In this document: positions 48,771 to 58,394 of the stretch, one piece after another
Position numbering within the stretch: position 1 is the stretch's first letter
How the letters are laid out: each line of letters opens with the position of its first letter
Assembly (NCBI GenBank): GCA_026129095.1
Contig: JAHCIT010000003.1
Coordinates: forward strand, 310,001-374,000
DNA length: 64,000 nucleotides
Source: Deltaproteobacteria bacterium
GTDB taxonomy: Bacteria > JAGRBM01 > JAHCIT01
Direction of reading: 5' to 3'
Position numbers and translations under genes: made by a program
The notes under the pieces: model-generated
Told to the model about the DNA's origin: nothing
Seen by the model: the letters and a program-made list of their open reading frames with translations, nothing else
The model's database searches: none

Positions 48771-49568
48771 ATGAGCGTTTACAGCAAGCCATCAAGAAAG
48801 GGCGGCCTGTTCAGTGATCTCGGCAAATACCGCGAGATGCTGTTCTCGCGCAGCAGCATGCTGCCAGACGGGATCATGGACCGGCTCCTGTCAGCGAAGA
48901 ACCTGCTCGTCACCATCGACAACCCGTGGAACTCCGACATCGAGCAGGGGATCAATGCGCTCATCAATACCACCCTGTCCAGAAATCCCGTGAGCGACGC
49001 TGAGGTGGCCTCAAAGGCGCACCCCGCCCTGTGGTCAATGTACAAGGAGCGGTACGATCCGCCGGTCGATCTTGCCCGTCTGGAGAAGCTCCCCGACGGC
49101 ACCCTGGGACGAACCTACGCCCGGTTCATGTCGGACAACGGCATCCAGCAGCTGCAAAGCATGGTAAAAATCCGGCAGCCCCGGAACTTCAGCGAATGGG
49201 TCATCCGGCGGGCCTACAAGCTGCACGATGTAATGCACGCCATACTGGGCTGCGACGCCGAGATCATGGGGGAAGTCAGGATCAATGCATGGTCGGCCGG
49301 TCAGGCGATGGCGGATGCTACGCTTCAGGGAAAAGGCCGCCAGGGAGCCGGCTCTCATGGGTTCATGGGTGTTGGCGTGCTTCTCATGCACGTCGCCTAC
49401 AAGCGCGGGCAGGATTTCCCCGAGGCTCTCTCGCTTGCCGTCGAGTGGCTGGAGCGCGGCAGGAAGGATCCGTTCCACATACCGCTCAAGGTCGAGGAGC
49501 TGTGGGAAATGCCCCTTGGCGATGTGAGGGAGTTCTACCGGTCCGGGCGGTTTCTAGCAGCAGACTAA
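48771..49568 (+). CDS. Coq4-like protein
   Basis: LPDGTLGRTY, HDVMH-x11-E metal motif, EELWEMPL. Confidence 0.82.
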   Translation: MSVYSKPSRKGGLFSDLGKYREMLFSRSSMLPDGIMDRLLSAKNLLVTIDNPWNSDIEQGINALINTTLSRNPVSDAEVASKAHPALWSMYKERYDPPVDLARLEKLPDGTLGRTYARFMSDNGIQQLQSMVKIRQPRNFSEWVIRRAYKLHDVMHAILGCDAEIMGEVRINAWSAGQAMADATLQGKGRQGAGSHGFMGVGVLLMHVAYKRGQDFPEALSLAVEWLERGRKDPFHIPLKVEELWEMPLGDVREFYRSGRFLAAD

Positions 49569-49611
49569 ACCGGGCAAGCAAGCGGCCACAGACTCCTGCC
49601 AGCAATGGCTG

Positions 49612-51033
49612 CTACGCCGCGAGTTCCTCCTGGCCAGCCGCACTGCCAAGGGGGATATCCACCGTTACGGTTGTACCGCGCCCCTCCTCACTGTCGAGAC
49701 CGATACTTCCTCCAGCCCGGTGCACAAGTTCGTTTACCACGTACAGACCCAGGCCGACATTCCCGCTAGCCCCCTCACCCGTAATGAATGGCTTGAAGAT
49801 CTCTGCCTGGAGTGCCTTTGGAATGCCCCGGCCCGTATCTGAAATCTTCAGCCGGAGCGAATGGCCATGTAATGATGCCGCGAGCCTGGGTTCCTGTGCG
49901 CCGCCTGCTCCACGGGCATTATCCAGCAGGTTCCGGAGCATGGTGAGTGTCATCCGCTCATTGACGGGAGCCTGGTCCACGCCCGCCTCCGTATGAACAG
50001 CAATACCGGGATACTCGGACCGGATCGTGTCGAGGATAGTGGACAACGGCCGCGACGAGTCTTCAGGAGCCAGCAGGTCGGCCAAAAGATACAAACGGCT
50101 GGCAATATTCGCCGCCCTCGCCTGCCCTGACAGGCAACTATCAATGCTTTGCAGGACTTCCCGCTTCTGGGAAGCCGTGGCACCCGACTGCTCGACATCC
50201 TCCTTCAGCATCTGGAACAAGGCCCCGCTGGATGAAAGCGGGTTCCGGAGCTCATGGGCGGCACCCGTTACCAGCGAACCCATCGCTGCCAGCGACTCGG
50301 CACGCACCAACTGGTCCTTCTGTTCCCGAAGGAGTGCGTATGCCGCTTTCAACTGCTCCTCCCGCTTTCGCCACTGTTCGACCAGATATATCGCAAAGAC
50401 GAACATACTGAGCTGGAACACCGTTACCCAACTTCCCGTGAACAACAGCCAGGAAGAGTGAAGCCTTCCGTCAATCACCAGATCGTCCCGCATTAGCGGA
50501 GCGTACGGGAACCACCCAAACTGCGAACCCGCAATGGAAATCGCCTGGAATGAGACGCCCGTAACAACCGCATAAACAACCGGACGGATTCCAAACAGCA
50601 GCCCGCCCAGGAGCACTCCTGATATTCCAAACAAGACCGCATAGGGAGTGGTGAACAGCCCGAAACCGTGTGCCGCCAGCATGGTATGAACGGTGCATAG
50701 CTGAATGACTGTATGCATCATCACTGTTTCGAGAGATTTCACCTTGCGCACCGCAAAACAGATCATCGCCAGAACTGCCCATCCGGCAATGAACCCCATC
50801 TCGATCTGGTCGGCGACATGTGCCGCAGCCGGTTCAAGATATGGTGCCCGCAAGGGATCAGCCAGCAACCATTTGAACATCAACCCGTGCGCACCCGAAA
50901 GACCGAGACAGATCACCGAAGCCAGCGCCGTCCGGTCCCCGAGGCTCCACTCCAGCAGGTTGCTGAACTTCTGGCTAACCCCATCAAGAAACGACTTCCC
51001 GCTGAAAGCGGCTTTCGAAACACCACTCATCAC
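49612..51033 (-). CDS. Sensor histidine kinase with W..PYAP TM domain (intact H-box)
   Basis: AAHELRNPL, NLLDNA, DTGRGI, FKPF, GLGL. Confidence 0.9.
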   Translation of the reverse strand: MMSGVSKAAFSGKSFLDGVSQKFSNLLEWSLGDRTALASVICLGLSGAHGLMFKWLLADPLRAPYLEPAAAHVADQIEMGFIAGWAVLAMICFAVRKVKSLETVMMHTVIQLCTVHTMLAAHGFGLFTTPYAVLFGISGVLLGGLLFGIRPVVYAVVTGVSFQAISIAGSQFGWFPYAPLMRDDLVIDGRLHSSWLLFTGSWVTVFQLSMFVFAIYLVEQWRKREEQLKAAYALLREQKDQLVRAESLAAMGSLVTGAAHELRNPLSSSGALFQMLKEDVEQSGATASQKREVLQSIDSCLSGQARAANIASRLYLLADLLAPEDSSRPLSTILDTIRSEYPGIAVHTEAGVDQAPVNERMTLTMLRNLLDNARGAGGAQEPRLAASLHGHSLRLKISDTGRGIPKALQAEIFKPFITGEGASGNVGLGLYVVNELVHRAGGSIGLDSEEGRGTTVTVDIPLGSAAGQEELAA

Positions 51034-51036
51034 CCG

Positions 51037-52446
51037 TCACATCCCATGCGGTGCTCCATCTACGGGAAGCAGTATTGAAACCGAAGTGCCGCGGCCTGCC
51101 TGGCTTTGCAGATCGATGGTCCCCCCGGCCCGATGGACCAGTTCATGAACGATGTACAGTCCAAGCCCCAATCCGTGTCCCTCACCAGCCTTCTGTCCGG
51201 TAAAAAACGGCTTGAACACCTCGCTTTGCATCGCCTCCGGGATTCCTCTCCCCGAATCACTGACCCTGATATCCAGGAAGCGATCCGCCAGCGACGCCAC
51301 AACCCTCGGCGGCGTGTCCCCACCTGCGGCAACTGCGTTCTTCAGAAGATTCCGGAGAACCGTTGCAACCAGCCGTTCATTGACTGGTACCGAAGCTGCC
51401 TGCGGCGATACCTGAAATACAGATTGCGGGTAGTCGCTCCGGATAAGGTTCATGACCGCATCCAGTGGATGGCTTTCACCCCCCGGAGCAAGCGCTTCTG
51501 CGATCGAGTTCAGCCTGCCAGCAATATCCGCTGCACGCTCATGCCCTTTCAGCGACATCTCGACAATCCGCAGCGCTTCCGATTTCTGGGATTCGGGAGC
51601 ATCTGATGCGGCGATATCTGTCCGGAGCTTCTGGAAACTCGTCCGGGCGAAATCGAGCGGACGCTGCAACTCCCTGGCCGCTCCCGATACCAGTGAACCG
51701 ACCGCCGCAAGCGATTCGGCCCTGACCAGCTGGGTTTTCTGCTCACGCAGCAGCACGTATGCAGCCTCAAGCCGTTCCTGCCGGCCTCTCCACTGGGACA
51801 GGATGTAGAGGCCGACCACCATCGTCGCAACCTGGCAAATCGTCACCCAGCTACCTGTCAGGACGAGCCAGGAAACCGGGAGGCGTTCATTAATGACCGG
51901 AGTTCCACGCAATAACGGAGCATAGGGGAACCAGCCGTTCTGGCTGCCGATGGTCGACAGGACCTGGATCGCGACCCCCGTCAGCACGCCATAACTCACT
52001 GGCCTGACGCCCATGAGGAGCACGCCCAGCAGCATTCCACACACACCGAAAAGAACCCCATAGGGCGCAGTGAACAGCCCGAAGGCATGTCCAACCAGCA
52101 TGGTATGCACGGTGAAAAGCTGGGCCGTCAGGTATACCAGCGGCTGGCCAAGAATCCGGAGCCTGTCAGACCGCGCCGCCAGGCAAATGCCCAGGAATAC
52201 GGCCCATATCACAACGAATGCGTTCTGGAGATTTCTCGCAAATAACGCCGCCTGAGGTTCCATGTACGGAGCCCGGGACGAATCCTCGACAAGCCAGTAA
52301 AAATATACCGCCCAGGAGAACGCAAGACCGAGACAGGTCCCGCAGGCAAGCGCCGCCTTGCCGGCAGGGCTCCACTCCAGCGGATTACCAATCCGCTGGA
52401 TCAGGGAGTCAACTGCACCTGATGAAGCTGACGGCTTTTCGGGCAT
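51037..52446 (-). CDS. Histidine-kinase paralog lacking the phospho-acceptor His (pseudokinase candidate)
   Basis: H-box reads AARELQRPL; NLLKNA, DSGRGI, FKPFFT and GLGLGL retained. Confidence 0.85.
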   Translation of the reverse strand: MPEKPSASSGAVDSLIQRIGNPLEWSPAGKAALACGTCLGLAFSWAVYFYWLVEDSSRAPYMEPQAALFARNLQNAFVVIWAVFLGICLAARSDRLRILGQPLVYLTAQLFTVHTMLVGHAFGLFTAPYGVLFGVCGMLLGVLLMGVRPVSYGVLTGVAIQVLSTIGSQNGWFPYAPLLRGTPVINERLPVSWLVLTGSWVTICQVATMVVGLYILSQWRGRQERLEAAYVLLREQKTQLVRAESLAAVGSLVSGAARELQRPLDFARTSFQKLRTDIAASDAPESQKSEALRIVEMSLKGHERAADIAGRLNSIAEALAPGGESHPLDAVMNLIRSDYPQSVFQVSPQAASVPVNERLVATVLRNLLKNAVAAGGDTPPRVVASLADRFLDIRVSDSGRGIPEAMQSEVFKPFFTGQKAGEGHGLGLGLYIVHELVHRAGGTIDLQSQAGRGTSVSILLPVDGAPHGM

Positions 52447-52555
52447 GCCAGACTGATAACCGGGAAAGCAGCCTCGCGCCAGCTAAACACGTAAAGGAAC
52501 CGGTATGTCCACTGTGTTCCGGCAAGATTGTTTATAAAGAGGCGTGGACCCCAAG

Positions 52556-52596
52556 AAGAAAAACGCCAGAGCTTTCATAGCTCTGGCGTTTTTCTT
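52556..52596. terminator. Rho-independent terminator (perfect 18-bp stem including A/T tracts)
   Basis: AAGAAAAACGCCAGAGCT-TTCAT-AGCTCTGGCGTTTTTCTT. Confidence 0.85.
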
Positions 52597-52616
52597 GCCG
52601 TTACGAGCACTACTCG

Positions 52617-53117
52617 TCAGTTACAGCCCGGGCTCTCGGTGCTTGCATCTCCGATATTGCAGTCCACAAGCGACATGACGTAGTCCTGCGACTCACCGCC
52701 GGGTATCCCGTCGTAGTAGACCGTAATGTCCCAGCTCTCCGTGCCTTCATTATAGGACATGTCGGTGATTTCGAGCGTGACATCGCCGCTCTCGCCATCA
52801 AGGACCACATCGATACTGTCCTCACCCGTGAATTCGTAGGTTCCGTCGTAAGCGCCGCCCCGTTCCAAGTTGGTGCTGTCATAAAGTGAACCCGACACGA
52901 TCACCTGGGCATCGCCATCACCATACAACGCGATCTTCAGGGCAATCGAACTGGTCCCGGCACTCTCCCAGTAGGATGTCCCGGTCGCAGCGGTAGCACC
53001 GGACAAAAAGACAGCGAGGGGATGGGGCTCATCCTCTACGGCCGCACGGTTGCTGCCGCAACCCATGATAGTCCCGACAGAAATGATCGCTACGAAAAGT
53101 GCAATGGAACGCTTCAT
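52617..53117 (-). CDS. Acidic hypothetical lipoprotein
   Basis: Lipobox-like IMGC; followed by a terminator. Confidence 0.7.
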   Translation of the reverse strand: MKRSIALFVAIISVGTIMGCGSNRAAVEDEPHPLAVFLSGATAATGTSYWESAGTSSIALKIALYGDGDAQVIVSGSLYDSTNLERGGAYDGTYEFTGEDSIDVVLDGESGDVTLEITDMSYNEGTESWDITVYYDGIPGGESQDYVMSLVDCNIGDASTESPGCN

Positions 53118-53314
53118 TATATGGAATTCCCCTGTAGTTTGTGTTGTGCGGCTGGAACCTTGAGTTCAGACACATCCGCGAAGGGATCAGCCATAACCGA
53201 AGCCGTGAAAACCTGCAACCCGGCAGACCCTTTTAGTGGAAATCCCGCTGCGTGGGATATACAGCTCTCCCCACGGGCAGCCAGCGGCCATGCTGCCATG
53301 AGACCAGGAGCGAA

Positions 53315-54886
53315 ATGAAACATCTGCTGCTCGGATTACTGGCGACAGCCCTTATCACTGGACTTCCCACCGGGTGCGGATCATCCGGCCATCCCGTGGA
53401 CAACGCTACCGGCTTCGTGACCGGCATTATGGACGAACTGGCTACGCCGACACAGGCCGACTGGGGTTCGGATGGACGGCTCTACGTCGCGACCCTTGGC
53501 GGCACGATTTACGCCTACAGCTTCGATGACGATTACCGGATCACCGGCAAACAGGCCATTGCGACGCTGGCAGGGCTGGACGACCGGTATATCCTGGGGA
53601 TTGCGGGAAACCCGTTCGATCCACCCGGTACGACGACCATCTATGTGTCCCACAGCCGTCTTTTTACCGGCGCACCATGCCCGGTGATCACCCACGAGTA
53701 TGCCGGCCGGGTTTCGATGCTCACGGGACCGGACTTCGATACGCTCACGCCAGTCATCACCGGCCTGCCATCCTCACCCGGCGGACACGGAGTGAACAAT
53801 CTCCTGTTCGACAACGACGGCGACCTGCTGATCGCCCAGGGCGGGCAAACGAATGCTGGAGTTCCCCATTGTGCCCAGGGCGGACTGCCTGAATCCCCCC
53901 TGTCGGGTGCTGTCCTGAAGGCACGGCTGTCCGATCCGGATTTCGACGGCGAAATTACCTACGTCGAGCGTGACGGTGGCACTCCCAACAACGACCAGGT
54001 TGATGGCGACATTGTCGAACTGGCCGAGCCCGCATACGTCGGGGTTTTCGCCGCCGGTCTTCGCAACCCGTTCGATCTCGTACTGACCACGGCGGGCCTG
54101 CTATACGCCACCGACAACGGTCCCAACGGCCCAAGCGGCGCCGAGGGGGATGTTTCCACGGGGCCCGGCACGTCCGCCCCTATCGGGGAGTCTGCCCCGG
54201 ACGAACTGAACCTTCTGGAAGCCGGCCACTACTACGGCCACCCGAACCGTAATCGCGGCATCGATGACGATCGCCAGAATGTTTATTATGGACCGGATGC
54301 AGAAACGGGCGACTTCACACAGGCGATCGCCTGGTTCCCGTCCACCACCAACGGGCTCGACGAATACCGGGCACAGACCTTCGGCGGCGCCTTCCGGGGC
54401 AGTCTCATGCTGGTCCACTGGACGAAAGGACTTTACCGGGCACGGCTTTCCGCAAATGGCCGGTCAGTCGTGACGCATGAGCTGGTCAACAGCGAGATGC
54501 CCGGCATTGGCCTCGTGGCCGGACCGGGCGGTGTCCTGTTTTCAGCGGACTATCTGGGCGGCAAACTGCGGATGGCCGCTCCCCTGGCGGCGGATTCCGG
54601 CGGCCCCCAGGTCCACGATATCTTTCCCTGGCGGGCTCCTTCCACGGGAGGCTCGCGGTTTGTCATCAGCGGATCGGGATTTGGAACTGCCGCCAATACG
54701 GCAGTCACCATCGGTGGCGCAGCCGCTTCGATCACCAGGGTGAGCCCGACCCGTATCATCGGCACCATACCGGCGGAAACGGAGCCAACAGCGGATCTGG
54801 TGGACGTCGTGGTAATCGCCAATGGCGTCTCACGTACGCTGCCGGCGGCTTTTCGGTACCTGATACCGCCGGTTCCAGGGCCATAG
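53315..54886 (+). CDS. Glucose/sorbosone dehydrogenase-like beta-propeller lipoprotein with C-terminal IPT/TIG domain
   Basis: AGGAG RBS; PTGC; GLRNPFD, ATDNGPN, DELN, YYGHPN; GGSRFVISGSGF. Confidence 0.8.
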   Translation: MKHLLLGLLATALITGLPTGCGSSGHPVDNATGFVTGIMDELATPTQADWGSDGRLYVATLGGTIYAYSFDDDYRITGKQAIATLAGLDDRYILGIAGNPFDPPGTTTIYVSHSRLFTGAPCPVITHEYAGRVSMLTGPDFDTLTPVITGLPSSPGGHGVNNLLFDNDGDLLIAQGGQTNAGVPHCAQGGLPESPLSGAVLKARLSDPDFDGEITYVERDGGTPNNDQVDGDIVELAEPAYVGVFAAGLRNPFDLVLTTAGLLYATDNGPNGPSGAEGDVSTGPGTSAPIGESAPDELNLLEAGHYYGHPNRNRGIDDDRQNVYYGPDAETGDFTQAIAWFPSTTNGLDEYRAQTFGGAFRGSLMLVHWTKGLYRARLSANGRSVVTHELVNSEMPGIGLVAGPGGVLFSADYLGGKLRMAAPLAADSGGPQVHDIFPWRAPSTGGSRFVISGSGFGTAANTAVTIGGAAASITRVSPTRIIGTIPAETEPTADLVDVVVIANGVSRTLPAAFRYLIPPVPGP

Positions 54887-54950
54887 GCAAGACGCAGATA
54901 AAAGGCACGCGAAAGCCAGGCGCCGGACTGCTTATCCGGGGACTCCGGGC

Positions 54951-55688
54951 TTAGGCGGTCAGTTCCGCTTCGATCATCCGGTGCGCGCTGGTCATCAGGC
55001 GGCCGGCGGCTTCAGCGTCATTCCCGTCCGGATGGACAGGCGGCAGCACCACAATCGTCACCCTGCCCGGTTCGTGACCGAGCCTGCGGCCAAGAACGCC
55101 GGGCCCGAGTGCCGGATGTTCCTCGACAACCGCTACCGGAACGACCGGAACATTGCAGGCGACAGCCAGTTCAAACGCCCCGCGCCTGAATTCACCCAGG
55201 ATTTTCCCGGTGGGCCGCTTCCCTTCCGGATACATGAGAATTGAAGTTCCACGTTCCAGGAGCGGCCGGCACTGCCGGATCAGATCGGCCGTCGTGGCCC
55301 GGCGCGGCAGAAAGAGCTGTCCCGTTTTCGCCGAGAAATACCCGCCAAGAGGGAATTTTCGCAAGTCAGCCCGGATCACGGCCCGCCAGTCCAGCCGCAC
55401 AAAATGCGTAAACAGGTACCAGTCCCACTCGCTGCCGTGATTGGAGACGTACACGGCGGGTGTGTCCGGATGTACATGCTCAAGCCCGCGTGCCGACGCA
55501 TTGATCCCGCAGCCCCGGAGCACTCCGCCGGACCACAGGCGGCTCAGATGCTCATAACCCCATTCCGGCGTCTTGCCGGCCGCGAAAAAAACGCTCGCCA
55601 CAGCGCCGACACCGGCCGTGACGCCGGCGATGACCGACATTCTCTGAAGCGTACGGACGGTTTTTGCCGGTGAATGGGGCCTGCTCAT
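54951..55688 (-). CDS. PlsC-like lysophospholipid acyltransferase
   Basis: NHGSEWD (HxxxxD), YPEGKR, FRRGAF. Confidence 0.85.
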   Translation of the reverse strand: MSRPHSPAKTVRTLQRMSVIAGVTAGVGAVASVFFAAGKTPEWGYEHLSRLWSGGVLRGCGINASARGLEHVHPDTPAVYVSNHGSEWDWYLFTHFVRLDWRAVIRADLRKFPLGGYFSAKTGQLFLPRRATTADLIRQCRPLLERGTSILMYPEGKRPTGKILGEFRRGAFELAVACNVPVVPVAVVEEHPALGPGVLGRRLGHEPGRVTIVVLPPVHPDGNDAEAAGRLMTSAHRMIEAELTA

Positions 55689-56836
55689 GGCAGCGTCTCC
55701 AGCCGGACCGTCCACGGGGACGGCTGTTCATCCAGCGACCGGGCGAGAGCCGCGGCGAACTCCGGCTTCCGGAGTGCCTCGTACCAGTCCGGACCACCCA
55801 GAACCGCCAGGTTCTGGACCAGCGATACCGTTCCGGCCCCGCCGGCCGCCTCGCTCCAGTTCTTGTCGATCTGCCTGATCCGGTAACCGGCAATGGCTCG
55901 TCCGCTGTCCGTATGGACATACAGCATCGGCCGCAGATGCACCGCCGGACCAGGAAGTTCGAGCCAATGCAGGATCGCACCGGCCGGATTTGCCAGCAGG
56001 ATCCAGTCGTAAGGAAGTTCTTCCTCCACCCGGACGGCCGGGCGGAGCGATCTGCCACCGGGCAGAAGCATTTCCGTACCTTGCGGCAGATCGAAACCGT
56101 TACGCAGCGTGACATCGGCTCCGAGCTGCATGATCAGTTGCGGAATCGCCAGTTCCACTTTCTGCAAGATGGTGTTTCCGCACACGAGCATATTCTGCGG
56201 ATGTGGATCGACATAACGCACCAACGCCCTCACCGATGCATCCGAGCGGCGCAGCGCACACTGCGAACCGGTCTCGAGCGATTTCACTTGCCACCGGAAA
56301 TCACCCTCGTCGCGGTACACCTTGACAAGACCGAACAACCGGGCGTCAAACTGCAGTTTCAATGCGTCGATTATATTCAGGCTCACGCCGGTCATCCGGA
56401 GATTGCTGAAGAACCCGGAGCCGCCGGGGAAATCCAGTCCGAAGACAGGACCGTGCATCGCCCCGGCTTCGAGCCGGTAAGCGCTCTGGACGCTTTCGCC
56501 TTCGACGAGAAAGCCTTCCCGGCGGTCGCCGCCGGAACCGGCCACGACACGCCATCTGGCACCCGGGGGGATTTCGCTCCCGGCCGGGCCCAGGCCGCCT
56601 GCGCGAAAATGCAGATCGTACGCTGCCGGCTTGCGGCCGGGGACCTCGAACGTGTCCACATCGATATCGGTCCACCCGTCAGGGCTCCGGGTGCGTATCT
56701 TCCATGGACCGGGAGCGGCCATTTCTGCCGACACATGATCGAATATCCGGGTGCGGGTAAAATCGGCGGGATTCATGGATGGGCCTTCTCCGTTGGCTAC
56801 GGCGGCGAGCAGGATCACGGCGGCTAGAGGGCCCAC
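55685..56836 (-). CDS. Hypothetical, probably exported protein
   Basis: GTG 56836 overlaps the upstream stop and gives a short hydrophobic leader; stop overlaps the acyltransferase start. Confidence 0.6.
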   Translation of the reverse strand: MGPLAAVILLAAVANGEGPSMNPADFTRTRIFDHVSAEMAAPGPWKIRTRSPDGWTDIDVDTFEVPGRKPAAYDLHFRAGGLGPAGSEIPPGARWRVVAGSGGDRREGFLVEGESVQSAYRLEAGAMHGPVFGLDFPGGSGFFSNLRMTGVSLNIIDALKLQFDARLFGLVKVYRDEGDFRWQVKSLETGSQCALRRSDASVRALVRYVDPHPQNMLVCGNTILQKVELAIPQLIMQLGADVTLRNGFDLPQGTEMLLPGGRSLRPAVRVEEELPYDWILLANPAGAILHWLELPGPAVHLRPMLYVHTDSGRAIAGYRIRQIDKNWSEAAGGAGTVSLVQNLAVLGGPDWYEALRKPEFAAALARSLDEQPSPWTVRLETLP

Positions 56837-57450
56837 ACGACACCCCGGCGGCGGAACTCCGGCTCGACGACCCGGAAGTGAATGGTCAGGGCGAGTCCCG
56901 CACCGGCCAGCCCGTCGACCAGGAAATGCCGCTTGAGCAGCAGCGTGCTGGCGAACACTAGCGTCCAGATCAGCAACGCGGCGAGTGACACCCAGTGCGA
57001 CACTTTCAGCAGCGAAAGGCAGGCCAGCGTCGCCATGGCGACATGCAGCGACGGGAAGGCGTTCCAGCCCCGGTCGTCCAGCCACGGAAGTCTCGGGAGC
57101 AGGAAACCGTCAATCGGACCCGTGGCGGGTGGCGGAATGCACCGCACGGGCACCAGATAAAACAGCGAGAAACAGATAGCCATCGCCAGAAGATAGGCGG
57201 CAGCCCCCCGGCGGACGAAGTGCATCTCATGGAACGGAATTGCGGGACCGAGAATGATCACATATCCCAGCGTGTAGGGAATCGCCGCCCATCCCGCATA
57301 GGGAATAAACGATTCGACGCCAATCGACAGATCGTAACCGTCCCGTTCGCCGAGTATCCGGGGAATGCCGAGATATCCAGTCACGAACACGACGCCAACA
57401 GATGCCGCCCAGAACAGGAACTCCGGACTGAACCGGGAACCGGCGGCCAT
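56824..57450 (-). CDS. PAP2-family membrane phosphatase/phosphotransferase (AUR1/IPC-synthase-like)
   Basis: NAFPSLHVA and KRHFLVD catalytic motifs; multiple TMs. Confidence 0.82.
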   Translation of the reverse strand: MAAGSRFSPEFLFWAASVGVVFVTGYLGIPRILGERDGYDLSIGVESFIPYAGWAAIPYTLGYVIILGPAIPFHEMHFVRRGAAAYLLAMAICFSLFYLVPVRCIPPPATGPIDGFLLPRLPWLDDRGWNAFPSLHVAMATLACLSLLKVSHWVSLAALLIWTLVFASTLLLKRHFLVDGLAGAGLALTIHFRVVEPEFRRRGVVWAL

Positions 57451-57554
57451 CGCTGATATGTCCTTTCCAGCGGGCATGAGTCCAGCGTAACCGAAATCGG
57501 AGGAAAACAATCGTGGAAAGCGCCAGTCCAAAGGCCCTGGGCCGGATTTCCTGT

Positions 57555-57764
57555 GAACTGCGTCCTAACCTGTTTGTGAGGAACGGAGCCGTCGGATATT
57601 CCCTGGTGTTCCCGTTCGACATGATTGCCGAAGGCAACAAAGACGGTGATTGGCGGGCAGCGGGTGACGACCTTGGAACCTTCTGCCTTGACCATGCCGC
57701 CGAACTCAACGAAACCGATGCGCTTATCAGGGAGTTTCTGGTGACCGCTGACAACGCAGCCTGA
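57555..57764 (+). pseudogene. Probable C-terminal remnant of a large serine recombinase
   Basis: NLFVRNGAVGYSLVFPFDMIAEG..DWRAAGDDLGTF resembles recalled recombinase tails; no catalytic domain upstream. Confidence 0.45.
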
Positions 57765-57900
57765 TTCGTCATTTCCACCGGTTAGCTCAAACGCAACCTC
57801 GCAACCCTTTTCACAACAGTGTCCCTGAAAAGGATACCGTTGTGTCCGAGGGCTTTCTGCACCGTTAGAACTACCGGGTCCTGCCAGTGGAAGAGTCAAA

Positions 57901-57969
57901 AAGCCCCCACCAACCCCTAACTATTCTTCTTTTTCCAAAGAGAAATGAATAGTTACATGGTGGGGGCTT
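57901..57969. repeat. Long imperfect inverted repeat
   Basis: AAGCCCCCACCA/TGGTGGGGGCTT outer arms; TAACTATTC/GAATAGTTA inner arms. Confidence 0.8.
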
Positions 57970-58394
57970 GGGTGAGTGCCGGGTGATCGCTCCGTGAGGG
58001 TCAGGTTGGAGCGCAAAGGGCGTTTTTCATGGACCACCTTGGACGCTTGAATCTGTTCGTCGGCAAAAGGCTCTGGATATCAACGGGTTGGCAGTGAAGC
58101 AAGGCGCGGCGAAAATCCCGGTTGGTGGGTAGTGTGGCCTGAAAATTACCCCTGCTTTGGAGCCGATAAACTGCGGCACGACGATGGTCTGGTTTGGATT
58201 TCGGCCAAGGTCCAGTACTCAGTAGCCTTTGGTTTCGTAACTGGACGTGGCAAAAGTCGTCGCTGGCAACGGGGAATGTCGGCTGCGGTTCGGCTCTGGC
58301 GGCGACATCAATCGGCACGGGTCAGTTTCCGGGAAAATCACGGGGCGTAATATCTCATGTGGGACTTCCCCAGCCCGAATAAAAGCGGATACCG

